Below are positions 1-9,385 of a stretch of 64,000 bases of DNA, one piece after another. The notes under the pieces are model-generated. The model was given only the letters and a program-made list of their open reading frames with translations. It did not search any database and had not been told where the DNA came from. This DNA is from an uncultured Clostridia bacterium. Its GTDB lineage: Bacteria > Bacillota > Clostridia > TANB77 > CAG-508. The position numbers and the translations under genes are program-made. Within the stretch, counting starts at the first letter, position 1; each line of letters begins with the position of its first letter. The stretch is from assembly GCA_934157205.1 (NCBI GenBank), contig CAKPHJ010000002.1, positions 20,260-84,259 of the forward strand. The letters are read 5' to 3'.

Positions 1-152
1 TTAAAATGCACCTCCCTTATTTGTATACTCGCTAATCCTTAAATTAAGGTAATTAAATTTAATTAATTTTTTTGCACCTTGACTAAGCGGATTACAGTTA
101 CTAATTCTATCATGCTTTTACTTATTTGTCAATATTTTTAGAGCAATAAATT

Positions 153-200
153 GGAAAACGTGGGCAAAACCGTATTTTGGTATTTGTCCACGTTTCTTTT
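153..200. terminator. candidate bidirectional rho-independent terminator downstream of the GGGtGRT gene
   Basis: Inverted repeat aaacgtgg (156-163) / ccacgttt (188-195). T-rich runs follow the stem on both strands. It lies about 40 nt past the stop at 239. Confidence 0.35.
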
Positions 201-238
201 TAATATTATATAAAATTATTGTAATTTGGTATTATCAA

Positions 239-1240
239 CTATTTCATAGCTTCTTCTACTGCAACAGCTACTGCAACTGATGCACCAACCATAGGGTTAT
301 TTCCCATACCGATTAATCCCATCATTTCAACATGTGCTGGAACTGATGATGATCCTGCGAATTGTGCATCTGAATGCATTCTTCCCATAGTATCTGTCAT
401 ACCATATGAAGCTGGTCCTGCAGCCATATTGTCTGGGTGTAATGTTCTACCTGTTCCACCACCTGATGCAACAGAGAAATATTTTTTACCTTCTGCTAAT
501 CTTTCTTTTTTATATGTTCCTGCTACTGGATGTTGGAATCTAGTAGGATTTGTTGAGTTTCCTGTTATTGAAACATCAACATCTTCTAACCACATTATAG
601 CAACACCTTCTCTTACGTCATTTGCTCCATAGCATTTAACTTTTGCTCTTTCTCCGTCTGAATATGGTATTTCTTCAATTACATTTACTTTTCCTGTGAA
701 AAAGTCAAAGTCTGTTTTTACATATGTAAATCCGTTTATTCTTGAAATAACTTGAGCAGCATCTTTTCCTAAACCATTTAATATAACTCTTAATGGTTCT
801 TTTCTTACTTTATTTGCAGATTTAGCAATACCAATAGCACCTTCAGCTGCTGCAAAACTCTCATGTCCTGCTAGAAATGCAAAACATTTTGTGTCTTCAG
901 ATAATAACATTGATGCTAAATTTCCATGTCCTAATCCAACTTTTCTGTCATCTGCAACAGAACCTGGAATACAAAATGCTTGCAAACCTTCTCCTATTGC
1001 TTTTGCTGCGTCAGCTGCTTTTGTACAACCTTTTTTTATTGCTATTGCTGCTCCTAAAGTATATGCCCATGCTGCATTTTCAAAACAAATTGGTTGAACT
1101 CCTTTTACTATTTCATATGGATTAAATCCTTTGTCTGTACATATTTTTAATGCATCTTCAAAATCTTTTATTCCATATTTTTCCATTACTGGTTTTATTT
1201 GATCTATTCTTCTTTCATAACTTTCAAATGTTACTGCCAT
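239..1240 (-). CDS. GGGtGRT family protein (function unknown)
   Basis: 333-aa ORF carrying the family signature SVASGGGTGRTLHPDN. It is followed by a NifU-like gene, the usual partner of this family. Confidence 0.85.
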   Translation of the reverse strand: MAVTFESYERRIDQIKPVMEKYGIKDFEDALKICTDKGFNPYEIVKGVQPICFENAAWAYTLGAAIAIKKGCTKAADAAKAIGEGLQAFCIPGSVADDRKVGLGHGNLASMLLSEDTKCFAFLAGHESFAAAEGAIGIAKSANKVRKEPLRVILNGLGKDAAQVISRINGFTYVKTDFDFFTGKVNVIEEIPYSDGERAKVKCYGANDVREGVAIMWLEDVDVSITGNSTNPTRFQHPVAGTYKKERLAEGKKYFSVASGGGTGRTLHPDNMAAGPASYGMTDTMGRMHSDAQFAGSSSVPAHVEMMGLIGMGNNPMVGASVAVAVAVEEAMK

Positions 1241-1242
1241 TT

Positions 1243-1662
1243 TTATTCCTCCTTATTATTTATTAATTTCTCTAAATTTTTAATAATTTCATTAATATCT
1301 GTATATGGTATTAATTTAAGTCTTTTATTTCCTCTAAACATTGTAGTTATCTTAGGTGTAATTGTTTTGTCATAAATTCCTACTATTTTTTTATTATGAC
1401 TATCTGCATATCCAATTTCATATCCTACTCCCAATGATGGAATTGTAAACTCACCAAAAATAATATCAGCTTTATTCATTTCTTTTTCTAGTTTTTCAAA
1501 AATATCATAGTCTGATACATTTTCTTCATCTTCAATTACAGTATCATCTGCAACTTCTGGATTTAGTACTTCTCCATATTTTGAAAGCTCCTTAATTAGT
1601 TTTTTATAATCTTCTAATTTTTCTCTTCCACCATATATTGAACCTGAAAAATATATATTCAT
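1243..1662 (-). CDS. nucleoside 2-deoxyribosyltransferase-like / DNPH1 (RCL)-like N-glycosidase
   Basis: 139 aa. YFSGSIYGGRE and PSLGVGYEIGYA match the DNPH1 motifs FCGSIRGGRE and PSLGVGYELG. Confidence 0.7.
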   Translation of the reverse strand: MNIYFSGSIYGGREKLEDYKKLIKELSKYGEVLNPEVADDTVIEDEENVSDYDIFEKLEKEMNKADIIFGEFTIPSLGVGYEIGYADSHNKKIVGIYDKTITPKITTMFRGNKRLKLIPYTDINEIIKNLEKLINNKEE

Positions 1663-1680
1663 TTTTTCATTCTCTCTTTC

Positions 1681-2391
1681 TTATGCTTGTCTAGGGTCTA
1701 TTTTCTTAACAGCTTCATCAAATCTTCCATATTTTCCAGAAGCTTTTTCTATTGCTTGCATTGGATCCATTCCTGCTTTTATGTTATCCATCATTTTTCC
1801 AATATGTACATATTTATAACCAATAATTTGATCGTCTTTATCTAAACCTAATTCTACAATATATCCTTCTGCTAAATTCAAATATCTTGGTCCTTTTAAG
1901 CTACTAGAGTAAATAGTACCTACTTGTGATGTATGTCCTTTTCCTAAGTCTTCAAGACCTGCTCCTACTGGAAGTCCTCCTTCTGAAAAAGCTGTTTGTG
2001 TTCTTCCATATACTATTTGAAGGAATAACTCTCTCATTGCAGTATTTATAGCATCACATACTAAGTCTGTGTTTAATGCTTCTAAAATTGTTTTTCCTGT
2101 TAAAATTTCTCCAGCCATAGCTGCAGAGTGTGTCATTCCTGAACATCCTACTGTTTCTATTAACGCTTCTTGGATAATTCCATCTTTTACATTTAAAGTT
2201 AATTTACATGCTCCTTGTTGTGGTGCACACCATCCTATACCGTGTGTTAAACCAGAAATATCTTTTATTTCTTTAGCTTTAACCCATTTTCCTTCTTCAG
2301 GAATTGGTGCTGGACCATGGTCTACTCCTTTTTTTACAACACACATATCTTCTAATTCTTTTGAATAAATCATTTTAATTGCTCCTTTCAT
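1681..2391 (-). CDS. NifU/IscU-like Fe-S scaffold domain protein, partner of GGGtGRT
   Basis: 236 aa. Cys motifs GWCAPQQGACKL and VGCSGMTHSAAMA resemble the NifU N-terminal fold. The true start is probably the internal MIYSKE. Confidence 0.6.
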   Translation of the reverse strand: MKGAIKMIYSKELEDMCVVKKGVDHGPAPIPEEGKWVKAKEIKDISGLTHGIGWCAPQQGACKLTLNVKDGIIQEALIETVGCSGMTHSAAMAGEILTGKTILEALNTDLVCDAINTAMRELFLQIVYGRTQTAFSEGGLPVGAGLEDLGKGHTSQVGTIYSSSLKGPRYLNLAEGYIVELGLDKDDQIIGYKYVHIGKMMDNIKAGMDPMQAIEKASGKYGRFDEAVKKIDPRQA

Positions 2392-2453
2392 TATTTCATT
2401 ATATTATTATTTATAAGAACTTGAATATTCACAAGTTCTTATAATTAAAACCT

Positions 2454-3107
2454 TTATTTTTTCTTATATAAAATTTGATTTATATTTTCGTCTGTTTCGG
2501 TTTCATTAAAGTCATAATTATCAGTTGTATAACCTACTATATTTTCAATATTTCTAATATATATACCTGTTTCATATGTTTCTTTTCTACCTAAAACCTT
2601 AATGTTGGAATCATACTTTTTTAATATTTCTTTTTCTTCTTTACTCATTTGTGACTGTGTTATGCCAAGATTTTTATGTCTCCATATTACATGTCTTGCA
2701 TAACTTGAAATTTCAGAATTTATTAAATCTGTATAGTCATATTCAACTTTAAATTTCAAATTATATATTGACATAGTAATATTACTCCAGATTTCTGTTT
2801 CTCCATTTTTTTTAAATTCTTCTCTTATTTCTTTTATTCTATTATATAAAATATCTACTAATTTCATGTATTGCATTTCATCTAAATTAAATTTAGATGG
2901 TATTTCATAAACATTTACAGGATTTTTTTTAAAAATCCCCTTTGGAATATAATAGAAAAATAATTCACCTGTTTTTCTATTTTTATCTGGTTTATCTAAT
3001 ACAGAACTATATAAGTAAAGCTTTTCCCATTTTTCAGGTATCATATAGTATAATCTTCGTTGTATATCTTCATATAATTGCTTTATCTTTTTTGTATGGT
3101 TTAGCAT
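2454..3107 (-). CDS. YezG/DUF600-like immunity protein with C-terminal extension
   Basis: 217 aa. The N-terminal ~130 aa (LYEDIQRRLYYMIPEKWEKLYLYSSV...GELFFYYIP...IWSNITMSIYNLKFKVEYDY) follow the DUF600/YezG pattern. Confidence 0.55.
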   Translation of the reverse strand: MLNHTKKIKQLYEDIQRRLYYMIPEKWEKLYLYSSVLDKPDKNRKTGELFFYYIPKGIFKKNPVNVYEIPSKFNLDEMQYMKLVDILYNRIKEIREEFKKNGETEIWSNITMSIYNLKFKVEYDYTDLINSEISSYARHVIWRHKNLGITQSQMSKEEKEILKKYDSNIKVLGRKETYETGIYIRNIENIVGYTTDNYDFNETETDENINQILYKKK

Positions 3108-3114
3108 ATCGATT

Positions 3115-4656
3115 TTATTCCTTATCTAATAAACTTTCACCAGTCATTTCTTCTGGTTTTTCAAGATTCATTAAATCAAGCATTGTTGGTGCTAAGTCAG
3201 CTAATTTGCCACCTTCTCTTAGTTTAAAGTTTTTATTTGGAGTTACTAAAATAAGTGGTACAGGATTTGTTGTATGAGCTGTATGTGGTTCACCTGTGCT
3301 GTAATCTATCATTTGTTCTGCATTTCCATGATCAGCTGTTATTAACATATTTCCTTGTTTTTCTTCTACTAATTCTACTACTTTTCCAACACACTCATCT
3401 ATTGCTTGTACTGCTTTTATAGCAGCATCTAAACTACCTGTATGTCCAACCATATCAGTATTTGCATAATTTAATATTATACAGTCAAATTTATCTTCTT
3501 TTATTGCTTCTAATACTTTTTCCGTTACTTCATATGCACTCATTTCTGGTTTCATGTCATATGTTTCTACTTTTGGAGATGGCACAAGAATTCTTTCTTC
3601 TCCTTCATATTGTTTTTCTTCTCCTCCATTAAAGAAGAATGTAACATGTGCATATTTTTCTGTTTCAGCTATACGAAGTTGTGTATAACCTTTTTTGCTT
3701 ATATATTCTCCAAATGTATTGTGTAAAGGTTCTTTTTTAAATGCAATGTGTACATTTGGTAATGTTTCGTCATAATTTGTAAAACAAACAAAATATAAAT
3801 TTAATCCTTTTTTAGTTTCAAAGCCGTCAAAATTGTCATCAACTAAAGCTCGAGTTATTTCTCTTGCTCTGTCTGGTCTAAAGTTAAAGAAAATTACTGA
3901 ATCATTTTCTTCTATTTTAGCTATTGGTTCTTCACCATTACATATAACTGTTGGTTCAACAAATTCATCAAATACTTCTTTTTGATATGAATCTTCAATT
4001 GCTTTTATTGTGCTTCCAGCTTTGTTTCCTTCTCCTTTAACAAGAGCATCATAGCATTTTTTAACTCTTTCCCATCTTTTATCTCTGTCCATACTATAAA
4101 ATCTTCCAGATATACTTGCTATTTTTCCAATTCCTTTTTCGTCCATTTTTTCTTGTAATTGTACTATATAGCCTTCAGCAGAAGCAGGTGGTGTATCTCT
4201 TCCGTCTAAAAAACAATGAACATATACATTTTCAAAGTCTCTTCTTTTTGCCATTTCTAATAGTCCATAAAGATGTCTGTTGTGACTATGAACACCTCCG
4301 TCAGAAACTAATCCTAATATATGCAATTTTGAATTGTGCTTTTTGCAGTTTTCTATTGCAGCTATAAATTCTGGATTTGAGAAAAATTCTCCACTTTCTA
4401 TTGATTTTGTAATTCTTGTTAATTCTTGATATACTATTCTTCCAGCTCCAATATTTGTATGTCCAACTTCTGAATTACCCATTTGTCCTTCTGGTAATCC
4501 AACAGCTAATCCACTTGTAAATATTTGAGTATTTGAATATTTTTTCATTAGTTTGTCAATATTAGGTGTATTGGCTAATTTTATAGCATTTCCTTCTTTG
4601 TTTGGATTTATTCCAAAACCATCTAATATCATTAGCATTGTTAATTTGTCTTTCAT
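3115..4656 (-). CDS. gpmI: 2,3-bisphosphoglycerate-independent phosphoglycerate mutase
   Basis: 513 aa. MILDGFG, GNSEVGHTNIGAGR, ADHGNAE and TAHT motifs. Last gene of the pgk-tpiA-gpmI operon. Confidence 0.95.
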   Translation of the reverse strand: MKDKLTMLMILDGFGINPNKEGNAIKLANTPNIDKLMKKYSNTQIFTSGLAVGLPEGQMGNSEVGHTNIGAGRIVYQELTRITKSIESGEFFSNPEFIAAIENCKKHNSKLHILGLVSDGGVHSHNRHLYGLLEMAKRRDFENVYVHCFLDGRDTPPASAEGYIVQLQEKMDEKGIGKIASISGRFYSMDRDKRWERVKKCYDALVKGEGNKAGSTIKAIEDSYQKEVFDEFVEPTVICNGEEPIAKIEENDSVIFFNFRPDRAREITRALVDDNFDGFETKKGLNLYFVCFTNYDETLPNVHIAFKKEPLHNTFGEYISKKGYTQLRIAETEKYAHVTFFFNGGEEKQYEGEERILVPSPKVETYDMKPEMSAYEVTEKVLEAIKEDKFDCIILNYANTDMVGHTGSLDAAIKAVQAIDECVGKVVELVEEKQGNMLITADHGNAEQMIDYSTGEPHTAHTTNPVPLILVTPNKNFKLREGGKLADLAPTMLDLMNLEKPEEMTGESLLDKE

Positions 4657-4684
4657 TTATTTCATTCCCTTCTAATGATTTATA

Positions 4685-5437
4685 TTATTTGTCAAAGTTA
4701 ACTATTTTACTAAATTCTTCTGCTTTTAAGCTTGCTCCTCCAACTAGTCCTCCATCTATGTCTGACATTTCAAATAGTTCTTTGCTGTTTCCGCTTTTTA
4801 CACTTCCACCATATTGTATTATAACTCTATTTGCTGTTTCTTGTCCATAAATTTCAGAAATTTTATTTCTAATTGATTTTATACTTTCATTTGCATCTTC
4901 CTTTGTTGCTGTTTTTCCTGTTCCGATTGCCCAAATTGGTTCATATGCAATTATTGTATTTTCAACTTGTTCTTTTTCTAATCCTTCAAGTGCTAATTTA
5001 GTTTGATTTGTTATTATTTCTATTGTTTTTCCATTTTCTCTTTGTTCTAATGTTTCTCCAACACACACTATTGGTTTTAAACCATATTTAAATGAAGCTT
5101 TTACTTTTTTATTTACACTTTCATCTGTTTCGTTAAAATATTGTCTTCTTTCTGAATGACCTATTATTACATATTCAACATTTATTGATTTTAACATTTT
5201 TCCTGAAACTTCACCTGTATATGCTCCTGTTTCTTCAAAATGCATATTTTGTGCTCCTATTTTTATATTTGTATCTTGTGCAGTTAATAATGCATAAAAT
5301 AAATCAGTATATGGTACACATAATATAACTTCATTTTTTGTATCTTTAACTAATGGAGCTAATTCTTCTATAAATGCCATTGCTTCATTTGGAAGCATGT
5401 TCATCTTCCAGTTTCCTGCTATTACTTTTTTTCTCAT
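4685..5437 (-). CDS. tpiA: triose-phosphate isomerase
   Basis: 250 aa. [28 protein letters not shown]. Confidence 0.95.
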   Translation of the reverse strand: MRKKVIAGNWKMNMLPNEAMAFIEELAPLVKDTKNEVILCVPYTDLFYALLTAQDTNIKIGAQNMHFEETGAYTGEVSGKMLKSINVEYVIIGHSERRQYFNETDESVNKKVKASFKYGLKPIVCVGETLEQRENGKTIEIITNQTKLALEGLEKEQVENTIIAYEPIWAIGTGKTATKEDANESIKSIRNKISEIYGQETANRVIIQYGGSVKSGNSKELFEMSDIDGGLVGGASLKAEEFSKIVNFDK

Positions 5438-5466
5438 TATAAATTGTCCTTTCTTTTTTACAATTA

Positions 5467-6651
5467 TTATTTATCTAATAAGCATTCTATTCCAGGTAAT
5501 TTTTTTCCTTCTAAAAATTCTAATGATGCTCCTCCACCTGTTGATATATGTGTCATTTTATTTTCTAATCCAGCTTTTTTTACTGCTGCTGCTGAATCTC
5601 CACCACCTATTATAGTTACTGCATCTATTTGAGATAAAGTTTTTGCTATTGCATTTGTTCCTATTGCAAATTGATCAAACTCAAATAATCCTAAAGGTCC
5701 ATTCCATACAACTGTTTTTGCTTTTCTTATTTCTTCTTCAAAGATTTTTATTGTTTCTTCTCCAATATCAAATCCTTCCCAGTCTGAAGGTATTTCATTA
5801 TATTTTACTGTTTTGCTTTCTGTGTCTTCTTTAAATTCTTTACCAACTTTTGTATCTACAGGAAGCATTAATTTTACACCTTTTTCTTTTGCTTTTTGCA
5901 TTGCTTCTCTAGCTAAATCTAATTTGTCTAATTCACATATTGAATTTCCAACTTCATAACCTTGTGCCTTAAAAAATGTATATGCCATTCCACCACCGAT
6001 TATTAATGTATCTACTTTTTCTAGTAAACTATCTATAACACCTATTTTATCAGATACTTTTGCTCCTCCTAAAATAGCTACAAATGGTCTTTCTGGATTT
6101 GTAACTGCTGCACCTAAAAATTTAAGTTCTTTTTCAATTAATAATCCTGCTACAGCTGGTAAAAATTTTGCAACACCTGCTGTTGATGCATGAGCTCTGT
6201 GTACAGTTCCAAATGCATCACTTACATATATTTCTGCCATACTAGCTAATTCTTTAGCAAAATTTTCGTCATTATCTGTTTCTTCTCTATGGAATCTTAC
6301 ATTCTCAAGTAACATTATTTGACCATTTTTAAGTTCTTTGGCTTTTGATTTTGCATCTTCACCAATAACATCTTTTGCCATAATAACTTCTTTATTTAAT
6401 AATCTTGAAAGTTCTTTTGCAACTGGTTTTAATGAAAATTCTTCTTTAAATTCTCCCTTTGGTCTTCCTAAATGTGAGCAAAGTATTATTGCACAATTTT
6501 CGTTCAATAAGTATTTTATTGTAGGTAGTGCTGAAACTATTCTTGTATTGTCTGTTATGTTTCTTTGTTCGTCCATTGGTACATTAAAGTCACAACGTAC
6601 TAATACTTTTTTTTCTTTTAAATTAATATCTTTTATTGTTTTTTTATTCAT
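5467..6651 (-). CDS. pgk: phosphoglycerate kinase
   Basis: 394 aa. [39 protein letters not shown]. Confidence 0.95.
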   Translation of the reverse strand: MNKKTIKDINLKEKKVLVRCDFNVPMDEQRNITDNTRIVSALPTIKYLLNENCAIILCSHLGRPKGEFKEEFSLKPVAKELSRLLNKEVIMAKDVIGEDAKSKAKELKNGQIMLLENVRFHREETDNDENFAKELASMAEIYVSDAFGTVHRAHASTAGVAKFLPAVAGLLIEKELKFLGAAVTNPERPFVAILGGAKVSDKIGVIDSLLEKVDTLIIGGGMAYTFFKAQGYEVGNSICELDKLDLAREAMQKAKEKGVKLMLPVDTKVGKEFKEDTESKTVKYNEIPSDWEGFDIGEETIKIFEEEIRKAKTVVWNGPLGLFEFDQFAIGTNAIAKTLSQIDAVTIIGGGDSAAAVKKAGLENKMTHISTGGGASLEFLEGKKLPGIECLLDK

Positions 6652-6681
6652 GTTAGATTCCTCCTTAATTTTAGTATTATC

Positions 6682-6710
6682 ATTTTATAACAAAAATATT
6701 TAAATTTCAA
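6682..6710 (-). promoter_or_regulatory. candidate sigma-A promoter of pgk-tpiA-gpmI
   Basis: Minus-strand TTGAAA (6710-6705), a 17-nt spacer, then TAAAAT (6687-6682). About 30 nt upstream of the AGGAGG RBS and ATG at 6651. Confidence 0.4.
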
Positions 6711-6777
6711 GGCTATTTTTATAATAAGTTTCTAAAAACGTTACAGGATAATGGTTTAGAAAAAAATTAATAAAAAA

Positions 6778-6958
6778 AACATTGAAAATATAATTTTCAA
6801 ATTCAATGACGAATGTGAATGGAAAAATTTTAGAAATTCTTACGAAATTTTCTGGAAAGAGTTCGCGTATAGCGGAAGGGTGCCAGAAAATAAGTTAGAA
6901 TTTCTTATATTTTGTAATAAGCCGAGGAATTGATATTTTAAAATTATATTTCAATGTT
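6778..6958. repeat. ~180-nt nested-palindrome repeat (MITE-like or structured RNA), copy 1
   Basis: Near-identical to 43290-43472 in the same orientation. Terminal inverted repeats aacattgaaaatataatttt / aaaattatatttcaatgtt. Inner long hairpin tagaaattct..ttttctgg / ccagaaaa..agaatttcta. Confidence 0.75.
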
Positions 6959-7005
6959 TTTAATAAATAAATATTAAAAACCCTTATCCTGTAACCTAAA
7001 AATCA

Positions 7006-7362
7006 TTATTTTTGGTAACCAATTATTGTATCTACATCTATTAATATTTCGGTATTTTCATCTGAATCTTCATTAACTTTTAATGTTTCTTTTCCATCAT
7101 TTTCAGTAATTGTTCCATACTTTTCTAATATTGCTTTAGCTTCACTATTGTTCAAATCTCTTCCTTTTTTTATTTTTTCATTATATATATCTGCCTCAAT
7201 TTTTTCTATAATGCTTTCCTTTTGAGCTTCTGCTGTTTTTTCTTTTGTTTCTTTTATGGTACCTTTATTTATATTTCCTATAGAAACACCTGCTATTATT
7301 ATAAGTACAATTATAGTTGTAACTAAAGCTACAAGTGTTACTCCTTTTTCACTATTTTTCAT
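7006..7362 (-). CDS. small prepilin-like N-terminal domain protein
   Basis: 118 aa. MKNSEKGVTLVALVTTIIVLIIIAGV resembles a type IV pilin/pseudopilin leader plus hydrophobic helix (G-x-T-L), but has Ala instead of the usual Glu at +5. Confidence 0.4.
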   Translation of the reverse strand: MKNSEKGVTLVALVTTIIVLIIIAGVSIGNINKGTIKETKEKTAEAQKESIIEKIEADIYNEKIKKGRDLNNSEAKAILEKYGTITENDGKETLKVNEDSDENTEILIDVDTIIGYQK

Positions 7363-7396
7363 ATTTTTTCTTTCTCTTTTATTTAAAGAGCCCCCT

Positions 7397-9370
7397 TTAT
7401 ATTAGTTCATGTTTTATCATTTTTTCTAATACTATTATAAACATTGAATGTGACCAGCCTAGTCCAATTACCCAATTTGGTTTCATTGTATTATTATCTA
7501 TTTGTTCTCCAAGATAATAATGCTTTCCAGCTGTTTTTACAACAAAATCAAATGTTTCTTTTGCTTTTTCTTTTTCGCCTGCTTCTATATAGTATAATGT
7601 CATCCAAAGATTAGCTATTGGCCATGGATTTCCATTCATATAGTTATCATATTCAAATCTTTGGTATCCACCTGTATATGTTCTTAAAGATAAATTTATT
7701 CTATCTATTGTATTTACAATTCTTTTTTCCTTTGGTTTAAATACATAAAAAGGTGTTACTGCTCCTAATATACTTATATCCATTTTTTTGTCTTCTTGAT
7801 TTCTAACATATGATTTTTTTTCTTCATCATATAAATTTTTATTAATATATTCTTTTATTTCTGCTTGTAGTTTTTCTAATGCCATTTCATTTTTACTTAT
7901 TTTTTCCTCTTTTAGTCTATTCTTTTCAAAATCAGATACTTTGTTACCTAATATTTTATATATATTTAACATACAACCAAAAGCTGAATAAATACTAGCT
8001 AATGAATACAAATGAATTCCTTCGTTCATTTCCCAAAGGTCATAACTTATATGATATTTGTGTTCTTGTTTTTTATTTTCTTTCTCTATTTCTTCTTGAA
8101 CTTTATCTTTATAAACTTCTTCTTTGTCTTCTAAGCCTAACCAATCTTTTACATATCTTTTTAGAAAATCCACTGCTTTTTCGCACATTTTTAAGTTTTC
8201 TTTTAAAAATTTTTCTGTTCTTGTACATTTATAATGTTCATATACTCCAAATACTACACTTGCTGTTTCGTCAATTTGATATCCCCAACATGGTGCTAGT
8301 TTTCCATCTGTATAAAATCTTTGCTCCCACATGCCATTTTTGCTCTGTGTTTTTTTACAAAATACTTTATAGAATTTTTCTGTTTCTTTCCCCATTTTTA
8401 ATATGTCTAAAGCTTTTGTAATAAAAACTGCATCTCTTGGCCAACAATATGCATATCTTCCGCATTTTGTAAAATCTTCATCTATTTCTGGAGAAGCAAT
8501 AATTCCACCTGTTTCTTGGTTTGTTAATAACGGAAATAATAAAATACTTCTTTTATATATTTCGTTTATTTGTTCTTCATAACTATTTTGAGGTGTTTTT
8601 ATATTTAATGTATTATGTGATTTAAGATATTTTCTCCAATATGATTTAGTATTAGTATATTCTTTGTTTAAGTCTATCTTTTTTATTCTTTCTACTTCAT
8701 CTTCCATTTCAGAAATATTTTTGTTTTCATCTATTAATATACAAATTTCTATTGTTCTTTTTTCATTTGGATTCAATATTCCTAAATCATAGCAAATGCT
8801 TGTATCTTTTGACATTCCTATATAGTCTTTGTCATATATTTCACCTCTTTTTATATTTTCTTTGCTACCATTTATTTGATGTTTTATCACATTGTAACCT
8901 TTAGCAAAAGTAGAAAAAGAAAAATCGTGTGCATATTGTAACATTCCACCATCAATTATTTTACCGCCAACTAAATTATTTGTGTCAGATAATAGTTCAG
9001 AATGAATATAAAAGTCTATATCTAAATTTATTTTGCTTTCATTTACTAAAATATATTTTTTTACTAACACATTTTCTTTTATTAATATAAAATCAGTTTG
9101 TAATATTTTTAAATTGAAATAAGTATTTGTTACTTCAGTATTTAAAATATTTGTTTCTGGATCATAATATTGTCTATATACATTGTTAATATCATCATGC
9201 AAATATATTAAATCCGAATTATTTATTTTAACTCCTGTATGGAAAAAATTAATGTATTGTCTATTATCCTTGCTTGGAAAATATATTCTTTGCATTTCAC
9301 CTTTTCTAGTAAATGTTGCAATTATATTTTTATTTCCAATTATTGCTTCATTATAATATTTATTACTCAT
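7397..9370 (-). CDS. glycoside hydrolase family 15 (glucoamylase-like)
   Basis: 657 aa. The catalytic-domain motifs YAYCWPRDAVF and SYDLWEMNEG are typical of GH15. Confidence 0.8.
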   Translation of the reverse strand: MSNKYYNEAIIGNKNIIATFTRKGEMQRIYFPSKDNRQYINFFHTGVKINNSDLIYLHDDINNVYRQYYDPETNILNTEVTNTYFNLKILQTDFILIKENVLVKKYILVNESKINLDIDFYIHSELLSDTNNLVGGKIIDGGMLQYAHDFSFSTFAKGYNVIKHQINGSKENIKRGEIYDKDYIGMSKDTSICYDLGILNPNEKRTIEICILIDENKNISEMEDEVERIKKIDLNKEYTNTKSYWRKYLKSHNTLNIKTPQNSYEEQINEIYKRSILLFPLLTNQETGGIIASPEIDEDFTKCGRYAYCWPRDAVFITKALDILKMGKETEKFYKVFCKKTQSKNGMWEQRFYTDGKLAPCWGYQIDETASVVFGVYEHYKCTRTEKFLKENLKMCEKAVDFLKRYVKDWLGLEDKEEVYKDKVQEEIEKENKKQEHKYHISYDLWEMNEGIHLYSLASIYSAFGCMLNIYKILGNKVSDFEKNRLKEEKISKNEMALEKLQAEIKEYINKNLYDEEKKSYVRNQEDKKMDISILGAVTPFYVFKPKEKRIVNTIDRINLSLRTYTGGYQRFEYDNYMNGNPWPIANLWMTLYYIEAGEKEKAKETFDFVVKTAGKHYYLGEQIDNNTMKPNWVIGLGWSHSMFIIVLEKMIKHELI

Positions 9371-9385
9371 TCTAAACTTTTCCTC

